Part shown: piece by piece, positions 58,569-64,000 of the stretch
How positions within the stretch are numbered: the stretch's first letter is position 1
How the letters are laid out: each line of letters opens with the position of its first letter
From: Promethearchaeota archaeon
GTDB lineage: Archaea; Asgardarchaeota; Lokiarchaeia; Sigyniarchaeales; SOKP01
NCBI GenBank assembly: GCA_019058445.1
Contig: JAHPZA010000003.1
Coordinates: forward strand, 548,919 to 612,918
DNA length: 64,000 nt
Reading direction: 5' to 3'
Notes under the pieces: generated by a model
Database searches by the model: none
The model's input: only the letters and a program-made list of their open reading frames with translations
Told to the model about the DNA's origin: nothing
Position numbers and translations under genes: made by a program

Positions 58569-59429
58569 ATGGAACTTGAAACTCTATTATTTGAATTGAG
58601 GGATGATGGTATTGGGATTTTAACTCTCAACCGTCCTGAAAAATTAAATGCTATGAACTTTCAAATGATTGAAGATCTTCATCAAATATTCGATAATTTG
58701 ATAGTGAATTTAGATTGCCGGGTTTTAATTTTAAAAGGTGCTGGAAGGGCGTTCTGTGCAGGATTAGACCTAAGAGAGTCTGCAATACTTCAAACGAAGA
58801 AAAAACCCCCGGAACTGAAAGAAAAGTTTTTCTATGCAAGAGCTCCTGATAAGGACATAATTAAAGCAAAAATGTATGGCCAATGGAGAACTTCTCATTT
58901 AATTCCTAAGATGCGAAAAATCAGCCAACCCATTATAGCAGTTATTCATGGTCCTGCTACGGGAGCGGGATTTACATTTGCTTTAGCCTCTGATATTCGA
59001 ATTATAGGTGAGAATGGAAGGTTTGCTAATTCTTTCATAAATATTGGATTTTCAGGATCAGATTTGGCCAGCAGTTACCATCTACCTAGATTAATAGGTA
59101 TGTCCCGAGCTGCCGAGATTTTATATACTGGACGATTTGTTAATGCCGAAGAAGCCGAAAAAATAGGGCTAGTTTTTAAGCTAGTAAAAGGTGATGAAAA
59201 TAAATTATTAGCAAGTGCAATGGAAATTGCTGAAGAACTTCTTACAAAAAGCCCACTAGGCCTTCGGATGACAAAAGAAGCTATTAATTTAACTATGGAT
59301 TCACCCAGTTTAGAGACCATGATGCAAATAGAAAACCGATCACAAATGCTTTGCTCAACTTCTGCAGATCTTATGGAAGGAATAAATGCTTTCTTTGATA
59401 AAAGGAAGCCTAAATACCCAAAGTTATAA
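58569..59429 (+). CDS. Enoyl-CoA hydratase/isomerase family protein (tandem copy 2)
   Basis: Same motifs; ATG 58569 (MELETLL) aligns with the paralogue starts. Confidence 0.92.
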   Translation: MELETLLFELRDDGIGILTLNRPEKLNAMNFQMIEDLHQIFDNLIVNLDCRVLILKGAGRAFCAGLDLRESAILQTKKKPPELKEKFFYARAPDKDIIKAKMYGQWRTSHLIPKMRKISQPIIAVIHGPATGAGFTFALASDIRIIGENGRFANSFINIGFSGSDLASSYHLPRLIGMSRAAEILYTGRFVNAEEAEKIGLVFKLVKGDENKLLASAMEIAEELLTKSPLGLRMTKEAINLTMDSPSLETMMQIENRSQMLCSTSADLMEGINAFFDKRKPKYPKL

Positions 59430-59449
59430 TAAATCAAGAGGGATGAAAT

Positions 59450-60295
59450 GTGGATTTAGAAACTATGAAATTTGAACTGCGCGATAATGGGATAGGAATC
59501 CTCAGTCTCAACCGCCCAGAAAAATTGAATGCGATTTCATTTCAGATGGAAGAAGATTTCCATCAAGTTTTAGATCATTTAATGGTGAACTTGGATTGTA
59601 GAGTTCTTATACTGAGAGGAGAAGGGCGAGCATTTTCTGCGGGCACAGATCTTCAAGAAGGATTAACGTTAAATTCTAAAAAAACCCCCGAGGGGTATGA
59701 TAGATTCTATTTTTTAACCGTAAAGGAACCTATAAAAAGGAAGATGTATCATCAATGGCGCATTACTCAAATTATTGTTAAGCTACGCAAAATATCACAA
59801 CCCATTATTGTTCTTGTTCAAGGAGCAGCAGCTGGCGGAGGGCTTGCTTTCGCATTGGCATCAGATATAAGAATTGTAACGAAAGATGCAAAATTTATTA
59901 ATGCTTCAATCAATATTGGGCTTACAGGAGCTGATATGGGGGGGAGTTATTTTCTTCCCCGATTAATTGGAAGAGCTAGAGCTTCTGAAATTCTAATGAG
60001 TGGTAGAGTTGTTGATGGGATTGAGGCAGAAAGCATAGGATTAGCAGTAAAACTCGTCGATGAGGCAGATTTGTTAAATACTGGACTAGAAATCGCAGAG
60101 GAACTATTAACTAAAAGTCCACTCGGATTAAGGATGACAAAAGAAGCTATAAATCTTTCTTTAGATTCCCCAAGTTTAGAAAATATTGTTCAGTTTGAAA
60201 ATAGTTCAATTATGATTACATTTTCCTCCAAAGACGTCAATGAAGCTTCAAGTGCATTCTTTGAAAAAAGAAAACCGAAATATCCATTAAAATAA
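59450..60295 (+). CDS. Enoyl-CoA hydratase/isomerase family protein (tandem copy 3)
   Basis: LNRPEKLNA, FSAGTDL, GAAAGGGLAF, SYFLPRLIG. Confidence 0.92.
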   Translation: MDLETMKFELRDNGIGILSLNRPEKLNAISFQMEEDFHQVLDHLMVNLDCRVLILRGEGRAFSAGTDLQEGLTLNSKKTPEGYDRFYFLTVKEPIKRKMYHQWRITQIIVKLRKISQPIIVLVQGAAAGGGLAFALASDIRIVTKDAKFINASINIGLTGADMGGSYFLPRLIGRARASEILMSGRVVDGIEAESIGLAVKLVDEADLLNTGLEIAEELLTKSPLGLRMTKEAINLSLDSPSLENIVQFENSSIMITFSSKDVNEASSAFFEKRKPKYPLK

Positions 60296-60403
60296 TCTTT
60301 TCTTTAACAACTTGAAAAAACTTTTTTTTGATCGATAAACATTTTATATGCTCTTTTTCAACGATCAGTTATAACTAATTCAACTTAAAAAGGTAGATTA
60401 TAA

Positions 60404-61519
60404 ATTACATCAAATAAATTATGGTATAAAGTGGCTAGAGCAATAATTAAAGCTGGCAGTTTACCCATCCCGATTGTGGATACCTTTTATGAATTACTTA
60501 AGCTATTATTGACTGAAGAGCAAGCCGAGTTTATCTTGATATTTAGCAAAAAACCATCGCTAAATATGGATGAAATTAGAAGTAAAACTGACTTAGATGA
60601 TAATGCGATACATAAAATGCTGAATGATTTAATGTATAACGGCATAATTACAGGAACACGTAGTAATCGTTCTGGAATTAGAGTTTATCGGTTATTACCT
60701 CCATTTCCAGGGATTTTTGAAGCCCAATTTATGAGGGGAGAGAGGGGAGAAAAACAAAAGAATTTAGCGAGAGTATTTGATAAGTTATTCGATGATTGGA
60801 GTAGCGGTATTCAAATGAATTATGATAATATGATCCCTCAATTTAAAAATGCACCTCCAATAAATAGGATTGTCCCGGTTGAAGAGGAAATAGACATAGG
60901 AAATGAAACCGTACTACCCTATGAAGTTGTCCAAAATATTATAGGGCGGCATGAATTTATTGCTGTAACAAATTGCTATTGTCGTCATGAGAAAAGTCTT
61001 ATAAATGAGCCATGCAAATTAGATGCTCCAATACAAAATTGCCTTTTGTTTGGGAAAAACGCTCAATTCTCAGTAGAATACGGGTTTGCTAAGCAAATAT
61101 CTAAAGAATCAGCTCTGAAAATATTAAAAGAAGCAGAAGATTATGGCCTCGTTCATAAAGCATTTCATACCCACCAAGATATAGAAAGAGGTGAGGAGGC
61201 CATTTGTAGCTGCTGCAAGTGTTGCTGTGGCGTATTTCAACTCCATTATAAAGGGGTTGCTCCAATCCATACTGTATCTTCCTATATCGTAATGTTAAAC
61301 AAAGAAAAGTGCATTGGCTGTGGGATGTGTATAGAAAAATGCCCCATGGAAGCAATTAATTGGTACAATTCAGATGTAGAAATACTTGAAAATAGATGTA
61401 TTGGTTGTGGTGTATGCGCCTACCATTGTCCTGAAGACGCACTCAAATTAGTAAAAATTCAATCAAGAAATATATTTATTCCCCCTCCAAAACTTCTTAA
61501 AGAGTTAAATAATCTTTAG
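60404..61519 (+). CDS. Cys-rich 4Fe-4S-binding protein with an N-terminal wHTH-like region
   Basis: NCYCRH, GLVH, ICSCCKCCCG, CIGCGMCIEKCP, CIGCGVCAYHCP; start at GTG 60431 or possibly ATT 60404. Confidence 0.85.
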   Translation: MTSNKLWYKVARAIIKAGSLPIPIVDTFYELLKLLLTEEQAEFILIFSKKPSLNMDEIRSKTDLDDNAIHKMLNDLMYNGIITGTRSNRSGIRVYRLLPPFPGIFEAQFMRGERGEKQKNLARVFDKLFDDWSSGIQMNYDNMIPQFKNAPPINRIVPVEEEIDIGNETVLPYEVVQNIIGRHEFIAVTNCYCRHEKSLINEPCKLDAPIQNCLLFGKNAQFSVEYGFAKQISKESALKILKEAEDYGLVHKAFHTHQDIERGEEAICSCCKCCCGVFQLHYKGVAPIHTVSSYIVMLNKEKCIGCGMCIEKCPMEAINWYNSDVEILENRCIGCGVCAYHCPEDALKLVKIQSRNIFIPPPKLLKELNNL

Positions 61520-61665
61520 TTTCCAGTATACTTGAATCTTATTGATTAAATATTTCAAATCTCTTTTTTTTCCAACTGATAACAACTTGTATTTGATCGA
61601 ATAATGTTTAAAAAGTGTGAATATTGTTTTTCTCAAATTCAAGATATAAAATAAAATGAATAAAT

Positions 61666-62601
61666 ATGGGAATGTTAGAAGATAAGGTTGCTATTATAAC
61701 TGGTGCTGCCCGAGGGATAGGGCGGCAAGAAGCACTAAGTTTTGCGAAAGAAGGATGTCATCTTTTAATTAATGATTTAGGGTGTTCTCTAGACGGTTTT
61801 GGAAGTGAACGAATTGCAGATAACATTGTTAAAGATATAAAAAAAATTGGGGTTAAAGCAGTTGCTAATTATGACTCTATTTCAAACTTTCAAAAAGCAA
61901 AAGAAGTAGTAGATCAAGCGATTTCTGAATTTGGTAAATTAGATATTGTAATCAATAATGCAGGAATTTTAAGAGATCGGATGAGTTATAATATGACCGA
62001 AGAAGAATGGGATGATGTTATATCAGTTCATTTAAAGGGAACTTTTAATATGTGTCGGCATTCTGCTGCCTATTTTAGGGAACAGGGAAAGTCAGATAAA
62101 AAATTTTCTGGCAGAATCATTAATGCGATTTCAGATGCGGGAGTATTAGGAAATCTTGGGCAATTAAATTATGGAGCCGCCAAGGCTGGAATTGCTGCAA
62201 TGACTTTAATATTATCTAGGGAATTAAAGAAATATGCTACTGTCAATAGTGTAATTCAAATAGCAAGAACCAGATTCACCTTAAACTCTAGTGCGCAAAT
62301 TGCTAGACTTATGAACAAAAAGGATGAGAAGGGTTTTGATATATTTGATCCTGCTAATGTTATTCCAATTGTAATCTTTCTTGCTTCGAATAAAGCTAAA
62401 AAGATTAGTGGAGAAGTATTTCGAATTGCAGGTGATAAATGCTGGATTTTACGGGGATGGCATTCTGTAAACCGAATAGATAATAATAGTAAAGCGTTTT
62501 CTCCCCAAGTTCTTGGTGAAAGAATAAAACAAGAATTATTAAAAGGTATTCCCAAAAAAGAGACAGTGATGGAAATCTTTAGTCAATTGGTAAATATGTA
62601 A
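61666..62601 (+). CDS. Short-chain dehydrogenase/reductase (MFE-2-like 3-hydroxyacyl-CoA dehydrogenase type)
   Basis: TGAARGIG, INDLG, NNAGILRD, VHLKG, NYGAAKAG. Confidence 0.92.
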   Translation: MGMLEDKVAIITGAARGIGRQEALSFAKEGCHLLINDLGCSLDGFGSERIADNIVKDIKKIGVKAVANYDSISNFQKAKEVVDQAISEFGKLDIVINNAGILRDRMSYNMTEEEWDDVISVHLKGTFNMCRHSAAYFREQGKSDKKFSGRIINAISDAGVLGNLGQLNYGAAKAGIAAMTLILSRELKKYATVNSVIQIARTRFTLNSSAQIARLMNKKDEKGFDIFDPANVIPIVIFLASNKAKKISGEVFRIAGDKCWILRGWHSVNRIDNNSKAFSPQVLGERIKQELLKGIPKKETVMEIFSQLVNM

Positions 62602-62611
62602 CAAGATTAAT

Positions 62612-63496
62612 CTATTCAAAGGCACTAAATATCCATAAATTTAGAAATTTTTTTCTTAGTTCTAAGGCTAATTTTGGATCTAAGACATTCAAACACGCGA
62701 AAATATCTGAAGGATTTAACGGATTTTGAAGTTTTAAAATTACCCTTTCCTTATCAAATATATCGTAGAAAGTGGGTATTCTTTTAAAAGTATATTTTAT
62801 CTCCAAACCATTTTTTTTTGGAGATATGTTAAAGAAATCTTCAAATTTGCTAATAAATTCATTAAATAGCTTTATATTATTTAATTCATTCTGCTCAGGT
62901 GAGATTTCTTGATCCGGGTCAAACGAACATAAATATTTTATATTAACACCCCGATCTAACACCGTAGACATCTCTTTAATAATACGTTTTAAGAAGGGAA
63001 GTCTTTTAACCGAATTAGGGTTTAAAGAAACATTTATTAATAATTCTTCCTCTAATTCCTTTATACTATTAATATAAAGGGATTCAATGGAAATATAGCC
63101 TAAGGCTGTAGACCAAAAAACTCTTGAGGTTTCACTTCTCTTCATTAAATCAGATTTGTATAAATCAGATTCTAATTTTTTTGCTATATTTATTAAGGAA
63201 GTAATTTTTCTCTGATTTTCTTCCGTTAAATGAGAGATTAAATTGTGAAACGCTAGATTCGGAGGGATGGCTATATATTTTTTTGGTCGAGATTCTTGAA
63301 TTCTTATTAATCCCTTTTCTTTTAAGTCTTCTAGTACTTCATAGATTCTTCCACCTGGAACACTTGATCTTTTACTTATTTCTTTAGCTGTTAAAATATT
63401 TGTAGGTAATAGTGAGATATAAGAAGCTATAGCATATGAGGATAACTTCATATTTTTTAGAAATTCCTTTAATTCTTCAATTAAATTATTATCCAT
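62612..63496 (-). CDS. TrmB family transcriptional regulator
   Basis: LSSYAIASYISLL...TAKEISKRSSVPGGRIYEVLEDL..KGLI...RPKKYIAIPP; C-terminal YDIFDKERV effector domain. Confidence 0.9.
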   Translation of the reverse strand: MDNNLIEELKEFLKNMKLSSYAIASYISLLPTNILTAKEISKRSSVPGGRIYEVLEDLKEKGLIRIQESRPKKYIAIPPNLAFHNLISHLTEENQRKITSLINIAKKLESDLYKSDLMKRSETSRVFWSTALGYISIESLYINSIKELEEELLINVSLNPNSVKRLPFLKRIIKEMSTVLDRGVNIKYLCSFDPDQEISPEQNELNNIKLFNEFISKFEDFFNISPKKNGLEIKYTFKRIPTFYDIFDKERVILKLQNPLNPSDIFACLNVLDPKLALELRKKFLNLWIFSAFE

Positions 63497-63693
63497 TAAT
63501 TATCAGCTTTCTATTGAACCGAGTATTAGCAGTATATTACTATCTGTAAAAGAATATAAATATTTACAGAATAATAACAGTGTATTTCTTTCGTTAGAGG
63601 AATTTTAAAACAAATTAAAAAAGAGGGATTTATATTAGATATTTAAAATTATCATTTTACTATTATTTTAATTACAAATTTAGGCGGGAGAAT

Positions 63694-64000
63694 ATGATCG
63701 AATTTGTAAAATCACTAGATTTATCGGATAAAGCAATCTCTCTTTATCAAGCTCTTTACGGTAAAAATCCATTAACAATTAATGAAATACATTTATTAAA
63801 ACCTAAGTTGTCAAAAAAAGAGCTAATTGAGATTATTAATGAATTGTTTCAAACAAAATTATTAATTAAAATCAGTTCTAAGGATGCTTCAATTATAGGG
63901 CATTATATTGCGATACCACCATTTTCTATTTTAGGTGATTTAGTTTCTCAAATTAAAGATTCGCTCGTTGGAAAAGAAGGATCTGCCACGAAATTTGAAA
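63694..64000 (+). CDS. 5' part of a TrmB-wHTH protein, probably a paralogue of 52902-55595; runs off the window
   Basis: MIEFVKSLDLSDKAISLYQALYGKNPLTINEI...IINELFQTKLL...HYIAIPPFSIL; ATG 63694 preceded by GGGAG. Confidence 0.7.
   Translation, partial: MIEFVKSLDLSDKAISLYQALYGKNPLTINEIHLLKPKLSKKELIEIINELFQTKLLIKISSKDASIIGHYIAIPPFSILGDLVSQIKDSLVGKEGSATKFE

Noticed and set aside
1360-62555. Many 60-190 aa ORFs overlapping longer genes (e.g. 4670-5008, 14354-14932, 25770-26255, 47100-47342, 59075-59437)
   Set aside because: They are antisense or off-frame shadows of well-supported genes and have no recognisable motifs.
1-64000. CRISPR arrays, tRNA/rRNA genes, integrases or transposases
   Set aside because: No regularly spaced repeats, no GC-rich structured RNA-like segments and no recombinase motifs were seen by eye; a covariance-model scan would be needed to exclude small RNAs.

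Overview
AT-rich, densely coding archaeal chromosomal DNA, most consistent with an Asgard archaeon (Lokiarchaeia/Promethearchaeota). This assignment is inferred from a Rab-like GTPase, longin- and uDENN-like proteins, a Loki-type 'FWGHCSNLQAW' domain protein, TrmB-HTH/long-helical proteins and expanded acyl-CoA ligase, crotonase and MFS families. Most of the window encodes heterotrophic metabolism: GH2 beta-mannosidase, GH32 fructosidase, seven MFS transporters, beta-oxidation-type enzymes, a DmsAB-like molybdoenzyme, a non-pyrrolysine MttB and MoxR plus two VWA proteins. I saw no rRNA, tRNA, CRISPR array or mobile element. The most notable observations are: (1) an intact fwd-like operon (Fe-S protein, B, D, A; no C) whose CO2/formate catalytic residues appear substituted in several subunits; (2) a ~900-aa TrmB-HTH / 11-residue-repeat helical rod / TrmB-sensor-like protein flanked by duplicated membrane-protein genes, with a probable paralogue at the window end; (3) three genes whose N-termini seem reachable only from ATT/ATA start codons; (4) an apparently circularly permuted MscL; (5) a uDENN-like + Ig-like protein and a eukaryote-signature neighbourhood around the Rab GTPase; (6) a GH130 pseudogene remnant missed by the ORF track. 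All family assignments come from motif recognition by eye; no searches were run.
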